Assembly: GCA_052327205.1 (NCBI GenBank)
Contig: CM126230.1
Coordinates: forward strand, 22,630,001 to 22,694,000
Direction of reading: 5' to 3'
Source: Somniosus microcephalus
Lineage: Eukaryota
Length of the DNA: 64,000 bases
The translations under genes and the position numbers were made by a program. Positions 1-14,439 of this stretch are shown here, piece after piece. Within the stretch, counting starts at the first letter, position 1. Every line of letters begins with the position of its first letter. Under the pieces are notes generated by a model, which made no database searches, was not told the origin of the DNA, and saw only the letters and a program-made list of their open reading frames with translations.

Positions 1-272
1 TGTAAAAGATCCCATGGCGCTATTCTGAAGAAGAGCAGGGGAGTTCTCCCCGGTGTCCTGGCCAATATTTATCCCTCAACCAACATCACTAAAACAGATT
101 ATCTGGTCATTATCTCATTGCTGTGTGTGGGAGCTTGCTGTGCACAATTTTGCTGCCGTGTTTCCTACATTACAACAGTGACTACACTCCAAAAAGTACT
201 TCATTGATTGTAAAGCGCTTTGGGATGCCCTGAGGTCGTGAAAGGCGCTATATAAATGCAATTCTTTCTTTT
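1..272 (+). mobile_element. Deu-domain SINE (SacSINE1/AmnSINE1-like), 3' part
   Basis: GTAAAAGATCCCATGGC...GAAGAGCAGGGGAGTTCTCCCCGGTGTCCTGGCCAATATT core and L2-like tail GCGCTATATAAATGCAA; recurs elsewhere in the window. Confidence 0.75.
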
Positions 273-850
273 AAGACTGGTGGAGGGAGGTGGAATCCCT
301 CCCCACAGGGTAGGAGGGATGGAAGAATTATTTGACAACTAGAGACACTCTTGTGCTCTAAGTTAACAGCTAGTTGTCTGATGAGGGAAGCGGCTTTGCT
401 ATGGAAACAAATGACTTTTTGGGGTTATCTAAAGCGATTTCAGATTGTTTTGGAACAGATTTACTGTTTGAAATTTTTTTTTTAAAAAGCAAACCTCTTT
501 AGTTCCCTCCTCTTCAGTTGCATTATATATTGGATGAATGTGTTTTGTAACTAACAGTGGTGCACTTGTTTTGGAGGTGGGAGAGGAAAGGTCATGGCTG
601 TTGCTTGTTACACGATTGTTGAAATGCAAACCTGCAGTATGGGTTGAATTCTGATCTCTGCTTTTTCTTGCAAGACAGAATGCTCAGTGCAGATGCTGAA
701 ATGAATCTAGGCTAAGGTTTTAGTTATGCATCCTATAATGGGCCTGACTGGTTTACAGTGGTGAAGGACACTGGCATTGAAACTATTTGAAATGCCGCAG
801 CCATTTTTGCTTCAAAGATTTTAAACATGAGCAGATTGTGTGTTTGTGGA

Positions 851-1345
851 ATAGAATTAGAATCATAGAATGATACAGCACCGAAGGAGGCCATTCGGCC
901 CATCGTGCCTGTGACGGCTCTTTGAATGAGCGATCCAATTCGTCCCACTCCCCTGCTCTTTCCTCAAAAGCTCTGAAAATGTTCCCGCCTTCAAGTATTG
1001 ATCCAATTCCCTTTTGAAAGTTACTATTGAATCTGCTTCCACCGCCCTTTCAGGCAGCGCGTTCCAGATCACAACAACTTGCTGCATACATTTTTTTCCC
1101 CCTCATGTCGCCTCTGGTTCTTTTGCCAATGACCTTAAATCTGTGTCTTCTGGTTACCGACCCTTCTGCCACTTTAAGCAGTTTCTCCAGAAATACTCTT
1201 ACCAAAACCCTTTTTTGATTTTGAACACCTCTATGAAATCTCCCTTTAACCTTCTCTGCTTTAAGGAGAACAATCCCAGCTTCACTAGTCTGTCCACCTA
1301 ACGGAAGTCCCTCATCCCTGGTACCATCTTCACAAATCTCTTACG
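851..1345 (-). mobile_element. CR1 LINE 3' fragment
   Basis: Minus-strand peptide VVIWNALPERAVEADSIVTFKRELDQYL and CR1 tail. Confidence 0.85.
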
Positions 1346-4300
1346 CACAATAAGACCTAGAAAAATGTACTTTGGCATTATAGCACTTGAAAATAACAAT
1401 GAATCTCATTGGTGTATTATACATTGCGTTATATCTGTTTAAAATTCAGCTGATGAGTAGATTTAATTGTAACATCACAAAGATTCTTTTAGCCTTGAAC
1501 TTGTTCTCCCAGTTTCTAAACAAAATGGCTCTAAGTTTGATAGCAGGAAATGCAGAGGGGAAAAAAGTACAAGATTTTGTTGCTGAAATTATTTTAAGGG
1601 AGCTACAGCCTTGCACATTCTCTGATAAATCAATAGATTTCTCAGCAAAGCAGCTCCTTTTTATCGTGGTAAAAGGTGACCACTCCACTCTATGTCCAAA
1701 GAACCTAGGAGAGCAGCAGTTCTAAAATAGGAAAATGGATTGTGCGCGCATTTGTTTGAAACACAATCTGTGCTCTGCAGTCACTATATGGGAGTTCATG
1801 TGGGATAAAGCCAAGTAACACAGAGCGACAGCTGCTTGAGAAATAGAAAGATAACAGTCTTTCTAAGCTGAAGTACAATTAATACCTGTCAGTGCCTTTC
1901 TGTGGAGCAGCTCACCAGTGTTTGGTGGAAGTACATTTCAGTAACAACTCAATAGAAACTTGAGGTTTGCTGATAATATAGAAAAACAGCTTGAAACACT
2001 CTGTTTTCTTTGTGATAAAGCAGGTTGATGGTCGATGAACTGAACAGTTCTGTTGGAAAAATTCACGGCCTAGTGCTTTAAAACATATATTAAAGCATTC
2101 ATAGTGCCTTAAGCCAATTTTATTTTTGCAATCCCTTTGCAAATTATCCGAGGACTTTAGCAGAAGATTTATTTTTGGGGCTCTTCTATCATTGTACTCT
2201 GTGCAATATACAGTTATATTTAACCCAGGGTTGTAAAAGGACATGCCATCGACTGGAGGGTGCCCTTTCCTACGGGTTGGAAAGTAGACCCAGATTTTTA
2301 AAAATGAGGAATGGCATTGCACGATGTGCCTGTGCAGCTGATTATCTGCAGAGTACAGACTCCGCCATTGAACTGTTGGGTGCAGCGGTAGCGCACAAAG
2401 CGAATGAGAGCAGATCACACCTGAGATGGCTTCGGGTTTGGACAGCTGATTTACACTGGCTGCTCCAAAACTCAATCTTGCTTTCTGGGTTTAAATCGCT
2501 GTGAAGACTGATCTTGCATCATGATGTGTGCATGCATAACACTTAGATTGACAAGCAAATAGGAAGATTTCCTACATTTATTCCCCCTGGAGGAAAAAAA
2601 AATTAATGAAAGATTTTTTTTATTTACTGAAATTTCCATTTTTGCCTGACTTGTCAGCAAAGTTTCAGCCGTGCCCTTGCTGTACTTTTGATACCAACTA
2701 CAGTACACTGTGGTCTGGGATCGGTTGTTCGGCCATGAAAACCTCTGCCCCGGAGGGTTGCGCTTCAGCTCCAGTGCGATTCGCTTGGAGACCTCTAGCA
2801 TCAACCTCAGTGTCGTACAACGGAAACCGCTGTGTTGCCCAAACTGCACTCTTGCCTTTACTCCCATGTTCCAACTGATGGTTGTCAAAAGTTGTAGTTA
2901 AAATTAATTCCTGGCCTGGTCCTAGTGAATATGATTCCCAAGATCACATTACCTTGTGCAAACTGATTTTGAAATAAGCATCTTATTAACACACAATCTT
3001 GTTGTTCATGCCATATATCGATGCAGTTGATATTTCGATCCATGTTGAAGACCAAGCCTATTGATACAGGTGTATTTTGTCCTGCCTCTTTTAGTTGCCC
3101 CTCTTTCTCCCCTGCTCCCAGATGATATGCTGGACCTCTACCAGTACTGATGTTAATCCTTGCATCATTTCTGCCCAATTACGAATGACCTTTACTACAC
3201 TAGAAGGTGTCAGATTCTTTATAAATATCACTAGCACAACTCCACACACCGCCTACAACAACCGGTCATTTGAGAATGAATTACATTTTGGATTAAAGTA
3301 CTGTAGCTGACTTGAGTAAAACATTTCTCTTACAGCTTTTCCTTAATGTCTCCGTTAGTGTTTGCTGTACTCCTATCGTTGTAATTGCAGCATATTTTTT
3401 GCATCTTTTTTTAAATAAAAGCTGACTGTAGCTATTTCTCTGAAATCCTACCTGAAAGAGTCTCGTGCTTATAAGTTCCTGAACAGATATGCACAGACAT
3501 TATGCTACAGCAAACAGATCCATTAAGGCAATGTCCTTGGAAGTACACTGAATGCTGAACAGATGCCAGAATATCGTTATAAACTCATAGTGGAAAATAG
3601 TATTTATCTGTTGATCCAAAATGTCTTGGTTCTGGAACTGCACCATTTGGAGAGCGAGCTGCCCATTGCTTATTATGTAAATACATTGTGTGGCACTAAG
3701 TCCCACAGATAAGGAGGGAAGCATTTACAAGAGTGGTGGAGACACTATGACTTCAGTTCTAGGCTAGGATGGGGAATGCAGCTTGGGTTCCCTTGATTGA
3801 TATCTAATGATCCCTGCTGTAAGTGTTAGTGGAAAGAATAGGATTGGCTGTGCTGCATCCACAATCGGTCCACCAACATTCACTTTCTAGATTCAAATGA
3901 AGGATCATTTGGTTGAGGTGCCAAGTGGCCGCTGGATGAATGGCCGCTGTTTTCAGGAAGGATGGGGGAAATGTCGGAGAAAGTGTTTGGGACAGCTTAA
4001 ATGTTCTTCACAAGGACTGATTGAACAGGACACATTGATCAAGCCTGTGAGTTGTGTTTCTCCTTTCCCATTTTCTGAGCAATTTTCTCCTTCCTTCTGA
4101 ATGGGTGACTCACTTCCTGAGGTACAGTTCCATAGGCAGAGGTTGCCTTCAGGTGCCCTGGCAATGTGCCCATTATTCCCATGTGAGCCTCATCAGTCTA
4201 CAGGATATTATAGCTGAACCTGATCCTTTCCGCTCTGGAACCCTTTGGGAGATCAGCCAACTCGGCACAAACCAAGGATTGAACTTGTGTCCCTTCTTGA

Positions 4301-5563
4301 CCTATATGGGTCGAAGATGGTCTATACATAGAATGTACAGCACGGAAACAGGCCATTCGGCCCAACTGGTCTATGCTTGTGTTTATATTCCACACAAGCC
4401 TCCTCCCACTAATTACTACTTCCCACCCTGCCCCCGTATCCCTCTATTCAGACTCTATGGGGAGTTCATAAAGTAGCTTGTCCACTTCTCTGATAAAGTC
4501 TCTGTTGCACAAGGAAAGGCAAAACACAATGCATAGGCTTTATCAGTAGGTCCTGTTTGCAATCATTTCAGCTGTTCCAAACACTTTCCCCTTCCTGAAT
4601 ATATTTGCTATTTCTCTAGTAGGAAAGGAACTAATTACAGTGCAGCTGAATCCTCGCTCAGATCCTTCCCACTGAGATAATAAATCATCTCTCTGTGCTT
4701 TGTAAATTAAATTCTAGTGTTTGGACAACATTTGATAAGAAAATATAATTTGGCTTTGGTGAATATTAACGAAAATTATTAGTTGTATGATTTTTACTTT
4801 TTTCTTCCAGTCGAACAGATAGAATTACTGCACAGCAGCAGGGATGCATGCAACACCCTCTCTGAGCCCATTGTTACTTGTAAGATAGTACAACTAATGA
4901 GAGCTATTCCTATGAAACAGAAATTAGAAGAATACTTAAATACAAGGGGCATTCTGTGCTGCTGCATTCAGTGTGAAGTGGCTTTAGATATGTATCAATG
5001 CAAACGCACTCGTGTAACTCTGGAGTTAGGTCTACAATCTTGATCCCAAGTTTACTAAAGCCAGGAGATGTGAGACCAACCCCAGTAGGTAGTCTCGTTG
5101 TTGCTTGGGTTTCGGATTGGCTGCAGCACAACTGAAGCCAGGTTTTGTGGTGGTCAGCTGGATCACCTGGGAACTTTCTAAACCAAAATTTACCTCCTAA
5201 TGTTAGGCGGGAGCCCACAGTCCTGACCTTGAAATTTAACAAGATGGTGAGCAGAGCTCTGCATATGTGCATTTGCATGCATTCACAGAGCTCCTTTGTT
5301 GCTAGGCAGGGAGTGACATGCAACCAGCAGTATAACTCTGATCTGATTTCACATCACACTCAACAGCCTGATATCTGTACCTTTAGTGTCTCTTTAGCCA
5401 GGCCTCTCTGTCATATTACTGTACTATATTGTGTTTGTCTTTTATTAAATTCTACCACTAGTTCTGTGTTTTCAATTCATTTGTACTTTGATGCTGTTAG
5501 GAATGGGCTAGAATTTGTGCCCCCACAACCAAATAAAAACTTGATTTTGTTTCTAACTTTTAG

Positions 5564-5731
<168 letters not shown>

Positions 5732-7378
5732 TAGTGTATACTAAAGTATGTGCATAACTGGAGGGACAGAAGACAAGCTTGTTTCTTTGGATCCAGTGAA
5801 TTGGTAGTGTCCTCACCCTATTGAATCATTCTGGATAAAATTACTGCAATTACATTTCTGACTGTAAATTCAAAAGAAAGGTTTTAATCTCATCCAGTCT
5901 TTCCATCTGTGTTCTTAATTTGAATAATTTCTAATGTAGATTTAATTATAGCTAATGGGAATATGTGAGTAGGTGAAGATAAATTCTTGATGTGTCCTGC
6001 AGTGTTGGGATAAGGAGTATTTGGTTATAAGGACACACCAACTTACTGCAAGCTTGTTCTTATCGGTAAGATTCTGTAGGAGCTGTAAACTGGTTCCAAA
6101 CTTCAGTAAAAATGGCTATGTTTTTTCTAGTTTAAGAACTCTTACTCCTTTCCTTAATTGAATTGTGCAACTAATTAAAATTCCCTTCAGAAAGAATTTG
6201 GTTAGTAACCAAAGAATTATATAATTTTAGACCATTTTTGCAGATTTAATTTTGTAGCCATGTTTAAAAGACTCCTCTGTCCTATTTAATACAGCACAGC
6301 TTGGAGCAAAACATAAGAAATAGGAGTAGGTCATTTGACTCTTCGAGCCTGCTCTGCCAGTCAGTAAGATCATGGATGATTTCTACCTCCACTCCACCTT
6401 TCCACACTATCCCCAACAGCAACTACTTAAAGCTTCAGCTTGCAGTCAGTCTTTTTTCAACAAAAAAAAAATACTGAAGTTGTGTTGTCCTGGATGGCTC
6501 CATGTAGGACCTGTTGTTAGTGGTGACTTTTTGTTAATCTAGGCACAGGCACTGGGTTGCAAAGTACATGGACCTTTCACCTCTGGGTCCTGAGTTGAAA
6601 TTTATTCCAGACTAACGAGATAAAACCTGGAAATGAGTGTTTGGGGCCAGCTCGATTGAAATATGGAAGTGTTTAATCCTGAAAAAGAAAGCAGCGGCTA
6701 AACAGCTTCCACAAGTTTGCTCCTTAAAAGTGAGGGAGATTAACATCAGCATTCTGTGTGGGGAAAGTGCATTTTAATATAGCGGTGTCATCAGTGGTAT
6801 CTTAAGTATATGAATTACTTTATTATCTGCAATTTATACGTAGAGAATTCCAGAAATATGCATCAACAGAAGCTACATTTTAATAACGGATATTTCCACA
6901 GTGCTGTATTTTGCCAATCTACTATGTTTTGATGCTAAAATATGTTTAGTGAAATTCATGAAAGTCATTTCCAGTAAATGCTGAAGAGGTTCTTAATCCT
7001 TAATGAACATTGGTAGTAAAGGAAAGTCTGCCAGAGCAGAGCACGTGGATTGAGGGACGCTATATGTAAAATGAATGTATATTTTATGGTAACATTGAAT
7101 TTGACGTGCTGAGCATAGATGTGTTCTTTTTATTAATCCATCTGTATGTGCTGTAAATGTGCTCCATCACATAGCGTCATTACTGCATTTGTTATAGTTA
7201 CAAAGTTGGGTGTGGGGTGGGGGGGGGGGGGGGAGTTGTATTGGGAGCTACATTAATATGTCATATGATTTTTCAGCTGTGTAATGTTTCTGGGTGTCCC
7301 GCACACTCAGTACATGTAAGACTTGTCGTGTTTTGATTCTAAACAGTAATTTTGGTAAAACCTGCTGCAACAAAATAA

Positions 7379-7558
<180 letters not shown>

Positions 7559-7949
7559 TGATACAGTTTTTTTTAACTTTATAAGAGTTTTAAATTGCTC
7601 TTTCTTTCCTTGATTTCAAATTACCCAGGTAGGACCTGTCGTTTTTTCTTAATTGCAAATCTCTCTTTTGGAGAGGCTGCATCTGGCGATGGGACATACA
7701 GTCTCTGCTGGTTAATTTGACGATGTTTCCAAGTTTATATGTACTGACCATCTATGCTAAATCTGTTGTGACCATATTCCTGAAGCCCTACATTGCTAGT
7801 ATGTGTCTGGCCCATGCAGTTCCACAGAATCTAACAAAAGAATGTTAGTGCTGCAATAAAGAAACTTTTTTTTTGTAAAATTCCTATTAACTTTTAGTGA
7901 TGTCTCGCCTTGAAGTTCCACTTGCTCATGGGAATCATTACCACAAACC

Positions 7950-8146
7950 ACTCGCTGCCACCGGGAGTGGTTGAAGCAAATAGTGTAGATGCATTTAAGG
8001 GGAGGCTAGACAAGCATATGAGGGAGAAGGGAGTAGAGGGTTATGCTGATAGATTTAGATGAGGAAAGACGGGAGGAGGCTCGTGTGGAGCATAAACGCT
8101 GGCATGGACTCAATGGCCTGTTTCTGTGCCGTATATCCTATGTATG
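7950..8146 (+). mobile_element. CR1 LINE 3' fragment
   Basis: ...GTGGTTGAAGCAAATAGTGTAGATGCATTTAAGGGGAGGCTAGAC... and tail ATGGCCTGTTTCTGTGCCGTA. Confidence 0.75.
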
Positions 8147-8227
8147 TAATTAAAGGTTACTGTTTTATGACCACATTCAGAAACATTAACCTGAAGCAGG
8201 TCTTCACTGGTAAGAAATAGCTGATGA

Positions 8228-8665
<438 letters not shown>

Positions 8666-10413
8666 TAGCACATTCAGCCTGTTTAGAGCATTATCCGATT
8701 TTCCTTGCATGTGTCATTAATCCATCTTGCATTTCTGTTGATACAATGAAGTGATTTAAAATTCAGGTTTAGCATTGAAATTCCATTACATGGTTTTACA
8801 CAATGGTAGGACATGGCCTATGTTCCTGATCTCCCCTCTCCCCAAGAGTTTGTTGTTCTGGTCTCAGCCATGTTATTGTGGGGCGATGCAAGTGGAGTCA
8901 AAGCCATTCCCCACACGTCTTTTTTGGCAACAGCAATTGACCAATTACAGAGCAGCCCTAAGAGATGCCTGAGCGCAAGACATTTGAGAACATGGAATAT
9001 TTCCATTTTTTTTAAAAATCGGATTTAACTTCTTGGTATCCAGTACCTCATGAATATTTTTTTCTCCCTCTCCTCACCTTGCCTCCTCCGCAAGAGACAC
9101 TGACTTCTCACTGAGATGCCGTTCCATAGGCAACCGTGCTTTCCCCAACGTGAATCCTTGAGCCCTGACTCTCTACTGTAGGCCCGGTGTATCGCAGACA
9201 TGAATCTGTCTGTCTTTCTTGCACAGAACCAGCGAAGATTAATAATCCATGAACTTAGAAACCAATTGTCGTAACCCTGCAACTGCCCTGACTGAGATCT
9301 CTCTCACACAAACACACGCAACTAAGATCAGTGAACTCTGCACAGACCGGGCCGGAGATTGAGCTCGAGACCATCCTGCTGTTACATACTACTCACTGTA
9401 ATCTTGTTGAGCCATCAGGGTAACTATGTAGCTTGTGAATTTATTTCAGTTGGTACTTAATCTATTTGACACCAGCAGTTAAATGCACATTGAATGTGTC
9501 TAAATGGACTCCTCAAACAGGAATGAATAAACCAGAAAACTGACAGTTGTGCTTAATCAGAATGACATAATACCAAATCACGTTCTCAGATTAGCTGAAA
9601 AATTGTTATGAATATACTGTAGTTCTATGTTCACTGATGAATAATCGTTTTAAAAGTGTCTTCACCTCAGTAATACACTAAAACATTTATGGCCAGTATT
9701 AACATTTTACAATTTAAAGAGGCAGCCTCTGAATTTAAACCGATTGTATTGATATTAAACCTGTCCTGTTTCATTATTGCATGTTGTGTGTCACTGCATT
9801 GGATCGCCTTTATTCCCACTTCATTCGCCCTCCTGTTTTTAGGTGCTTTAGTGACGCCTGTGATTTAAATGCAGCTGTAATTTAGTTGGGATCTAAGCCA
9901 AACCCATGTTTAAAGCTACAGTGTCCCTTTTGTTAATTGAAATTTCTGTGGTGAACTTTGAAACACGTACGTTTCTGTATTCGGTGTACCACCCGGGTTG
10001 TAACTTTCCAAGGTGCTAACAGTAAACTTAAGATGATTGAATCGGTGGAAATTTCCAGCTTGTTTGTATAACCTTTCAATATGACACTGCAGCATTCAAA
10101 CTGGTTAAAAGTAAGTATATATCTAAATTACCAGTAATTGCAGTATTTTGCTTTTTATTCGTCCATTTTAAGAACCTTTGAGATTCTATATAGCCAAGAA
10201 AAAGAGACAGTGTCTCTTAATTTTAGAAAAGAGGTATTTCATCAAGTCCCATGCTTTAACAGTTTAATATAATGGTTTCAAATTCATATTTTAAAGTTCC
10301 GAATAAGCAAATATTACCCAAGTAACTTCAAAGTGACAATGCTAAAGTTATTGAAACAGCTCAGCTGTTTTTTCCTGTGTGCCACATCTGCAGTATTTTT
10401 CTCAGCTACCTAA

Positions 10414-10701
<288 letters not shown>

Positions 10702-10817
10702 TAGAGAGAATAATACTTCTCCCAAAGCTCATATAGGTCACCCCAGTAGACCTGGGCTCCAATAAATACACTTCTTCCCAAGTGTTCAACAGCCAGATGA
10801 TCAGAACATTTAGGGGA

Positions 10818-10986
10818 GGGGTAGAAATTTGTCTCGGGCGGTGTCGGATCGGCGGCCCGTTATACGCTGCACCTGACATTCAGTTGCATTGACTGCAATG
10901 GAACATTATATCAGGCTCTGCGTATAACGGGCGGCCGATCGATACCTCCTGTTCCTGCACCACCGCCCGAGACGAACTTCTAGCCC
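10818..10986. mobile_element. Foldback hairpin MITE (PIF/Harbinger-like ends)
   Basis: GGGGTAGAAATTTGTCTCGGGCGGTG...CACCGCCCGAGACGAACTTCTAGCCC; inner GATCGGCGGCCCGTTATACGC / GCGTATAACGGGCGGCCGATC. Confidence 0.7.
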
Positions 10987-11715
10987 ACAGTGCTGTAGAC
11001 TCAGCCCTGACTGACCGCCGTCCCTCCGTGGAGTCGAAACCCCGCACTTCTGTTTGGCCAGTCTTTATAGCCTGCCTGAGAAGTAACCGAATTCACCCAG
11101 GTGATGGTATGTTCGTACAGTGGCCCAGAACTCAAATTCTGGATTGTTTGCAAATTGTGCATTTAATTATTGAACTACTAGGATGCCTTCAGCAGCATCC
11201 ACAGTGCCACTGCACTATGTAACATTTCAGATACTGGGCTGTTAAATTGGTATTGTTTTGTTGTCTAGGTTCTGTTGGTTCCACTGTTGAAACATCCAGC
11301 ACCCCGTTCACACGTGAGCCCTGTCCATTGATATAACATCAGACAAAATATCTTAAAAGTTGGACTTTTGTAGAGATCTTGGCAACCAAGTAACCTCCCC
11401 AAATAGATTAATAAAAAGCAAACCCTTTATTTCTCAGTATTTTCTATCCAGTTTCAAAGAAAGACCATTGTGTATGGCAGCTCTTATTTAAGTGAGAGCC
11501 GCTTGACCTGAAGCAGCTACAGTCGCAGTGATTCCAAATGATGCCGAGTAATTATAACATTTTACAGCACTGAAGGAGGCCTTTGAGCCCAGTATACCTG
11601 TGTTGGCTCTTTGAAAACCAATCCACTTGGTCCCATTCTCCTGTCCTTTTAGCGTGTGCACAGTCCATGTAGCTGATGACCTAGCTTGTTGACTGAAATT
11701 TGTGCCTCTAAATTG

Positions 11716-12515
11716 GTGTTGGCCTTGGCTCAGTGATCGCGCTCTCAACTCTGAGTCAGAAGGTCATAGGTTCCAGCCCCCTTCCAGAGACTTGAGCACA
11801 TCATTGAAACTTATAAAATTCTGACAGGACTGGACAGACTAGATGCAGGAAGGATGTTCCCGATGGCGGGGGAGTCCAGAACCAGTGGTCACAGTCTAAG
11901 GATAAGGGGTAAGCCATTTAGGACAGAGATGAGGAGGAATTTCTTCACCCAGAGAGTGGTGAACCTGTGGAATTCTCTACCACAGAAGGCAGTAGAGGCC
12001 AATACATTAAATATATTCAAGAAGGAGTTGGATATATTTCTTAAGGCTAAAGGGATCAAGGGATATGGGGAGAAAGCAGGAACCGGGTACTGAATTTGGA
12101 TGATCAGCCATGATCGCATTGAATGGCGGAGCAGGCTTGAGGGGCCGAATGGCCTACTCCTGCTCCTATCTTCTATGTTTCTATCATCTGGGCTCATGCT
12201 CCAATAAAGTCCCGAGGGAGTGCTGCACTGCTGGCTGAGACGTTAAACACTCTTCCTCTATCAGGTGGGCGTAAAAGAACCCAATGGCCCTTTTTGAAGA
12301 GCGGTGGCGTTCTCCTAGTGCCCTCAATCGATTTATTTAACAAAAAACAGAATCTGTGTGACTTTTTATCTGATTTTTGTGGCACCTTGCTGTGTGCAAA
12401 TTGGCTGCCATGTTTTCCTACATTATAGCAGTGACTACACTTCAACAAGTATTTAATTGGCTACTTCCTGAGGCCATGAAAGGCACTATATGAATGCAGG
12501 TTAATTTGTTCTTCT
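11716..12515 (+). mobile_element. Deu-SINE with tRNA-like head, interrupted by a CR1 fragment
   Basis: A box TGGCTCAGTG (~11726), B box GGTTCCAGCCC (~11769); body resumes after 12187 and matches 1-272. Confidence 0.7.
11801..12183 (+). mobile_element. CR1 LINE 3' fragment
   Basis: RT C-terminus MFPMAGESRTSGHSLRIRGKPFRTEMRRNFFTQRVVNLWNSLP plus 3' tail GGCCGAATGGCCTACTCCTGCTCCTA. Confidence 0.9.
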
Positions 12516-12676
12516 TTCCAAGTTGAAGAAATTAAGTTGCACACCACTAACTTAGTTTCATGCATGTGTTTGGACAAATATAATGATTGCTCTTTTGTGT
12601 CCGAAGCACCAGCTACAGGTATTTGGATCCCGGTGTGTCTGGCTGGTTACTGACGAGCAAAGCAATTCAGTTCTGA

Positions 12677-12979
<303 letters not shown>

Positions 12980-13057
12980 TGAGTAGCGTTGAACATGAAG
13001 TCAACAATTTAAAACTTATTTCTGAAATGTGAGCAAAATTTCTGAAATGTGAGCAAT

Positions 13058-13590
13058 ATTTAAGAAAAGATATACCTGCTCTCGAGGCAGTTCAGAGAAG
13101 GTTCACTCGGTTGATTCCGGAGATGAGGGGGTTGACGTATGAGGAAAGGTTGAGTAGGTTGGGCCTCTACTCATTGGAGTTCAGAAGAATGAGAGGCGAT
13201 CTTATCGAAACATATAAGATTGTGAGGGGGCTTGATCGGGTGGATGCGGTGAGGATGTTTCCACTGATGGGTGAGACTAGAACTAGGGGGCATAATCTTA
13301 GAATAAGGGGCTGCCCTTTCAGAACTGAGATGAGGAGAAACTTCTTCACTCAGAAGGTAGTAAATCTATGGAATTTGCTACCCCAGAGAGCTGTGGAAGC
13401 TGCAACATTAAATAAATTTTAAATGGAGATAGACATTGTCCTAGCAGATAAGGGAATTAGGGGTTACGGGGAGAGGGCAGGGAAGTGGACGTGAGTCTAG
13501 ATTCAGATCAGCCATGATCCTATTGAATGGCGGAGCAGGCCCGAGGGGCCGTATGGCCGACTCCTGCTCCTACTTCTTATGTTCTTATCT
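13058..13590 (+). mobile_element. CR1 LINE 3' fragment
   Basis: MIPEMRGLTYEERLSRLGLYSLEFRRMRGDLIETYKI...FFTQKVVNLWN. Confidence 0.92.
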
Positions 13591-13669
13591 CATCAGTCCA
13601 GAATTTAAAAATCTATTTCACCTGCTTATGGGTCCTAGTGATCAGATTGGATACCACCTCAAGAACGTC

Positions 13670-13886
13670 ATAACATAAGAAATAGGAGCAGGAGTAGGCC
13701 ATATGGCCCCTCGAGCCTGCTCCGCCATTCAATAAGATCATGGCTGATCATCGACCTCAACTCCACTCTCCCGCCCGATCTCCACATCCCTCGATTCCCC
13801 GAGAGTCCAAAAATCTAACGATCTCAGTCTTGAATATACTCAACGACTGAGCATCCACAGCCCTCTGGGACGGAGAATTCCAAAGA
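13670..13886 (-). mobile_element. CR1 LINE 3' tail, inverted relative to the upstream copy
   Basis: Reverse complement of the tail GATCAGCCATGATC...GAATGGCGGAGCAGGC...CTCCTGCTCCTA. Confidence 0.88.
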
Positions 13887-13984
13887 TGCTGTGTTGGTAG
13901 GCACATCTCTTGAGTGAGATACTAAACTTGGCTTGTTCTAGTAGACTGAGATCCCCTGGCATTAATAGAATCCCCGAGGTTTAC

Positions 13985-14400
13985 AGCATGGAACGATGCA
14001 TTTAGTGCACTGAACCTTTGCCAGTTCCTGGAAAAAGCATTCCACACAGTTTCGTTCCCCTATCCTTTTCCCAAGCCCTTGTACATTTTTCATTTTTAAA
14101 TATGTATACACTTCTCTTTGAAAAGCAGTTATGAATTCTGCTTCCACCACTGTTTCTGTTGGGGCATTCCATGTTTTAACAACCTTCAGCATAAAAAATA
14201 AATTCTCCTAACCTCTGCCCTTGTTCCTTTGGTGATGATCTTAAATTTCTACCTTCTAGTTACCAACTTACTGGCCAGCGGAAACAGTTTTGCCTAACTC
14301 GCTTTGTCAAAACCTCAACTTTTTGAACACCTCTATCAGGTCTCCTCTTAACCTTCTCTTTCTGATGAAAAGATTCCCAGTTTCTCTCGTCTCTCGTCAT
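13985..14400 (-). mobile_element. Degenerate CR1 fragment
   Basis: Minus-strand peptide KVVKTWNAPTETVVEAEFITAFQREVYTYLK. Confidence 0.7.
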
Positions 14401-14439
14401 ATAGGAGGTGCTGGAAAAGCCCAATTGTCTAACGCACAG

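Noticed and set aside
1387-3310. Cluster of 60-190 aa ORFs on both strands in the MAPK8 intron (possible nested gene)
   Set aside because: No recognisable domain, consistent strand or splice structure; a blastx search would be needed to exclude it fully.
11716-11800. tRNA-like A and B boxes
   Set aside because: SINE head; no complete cloverleaf.
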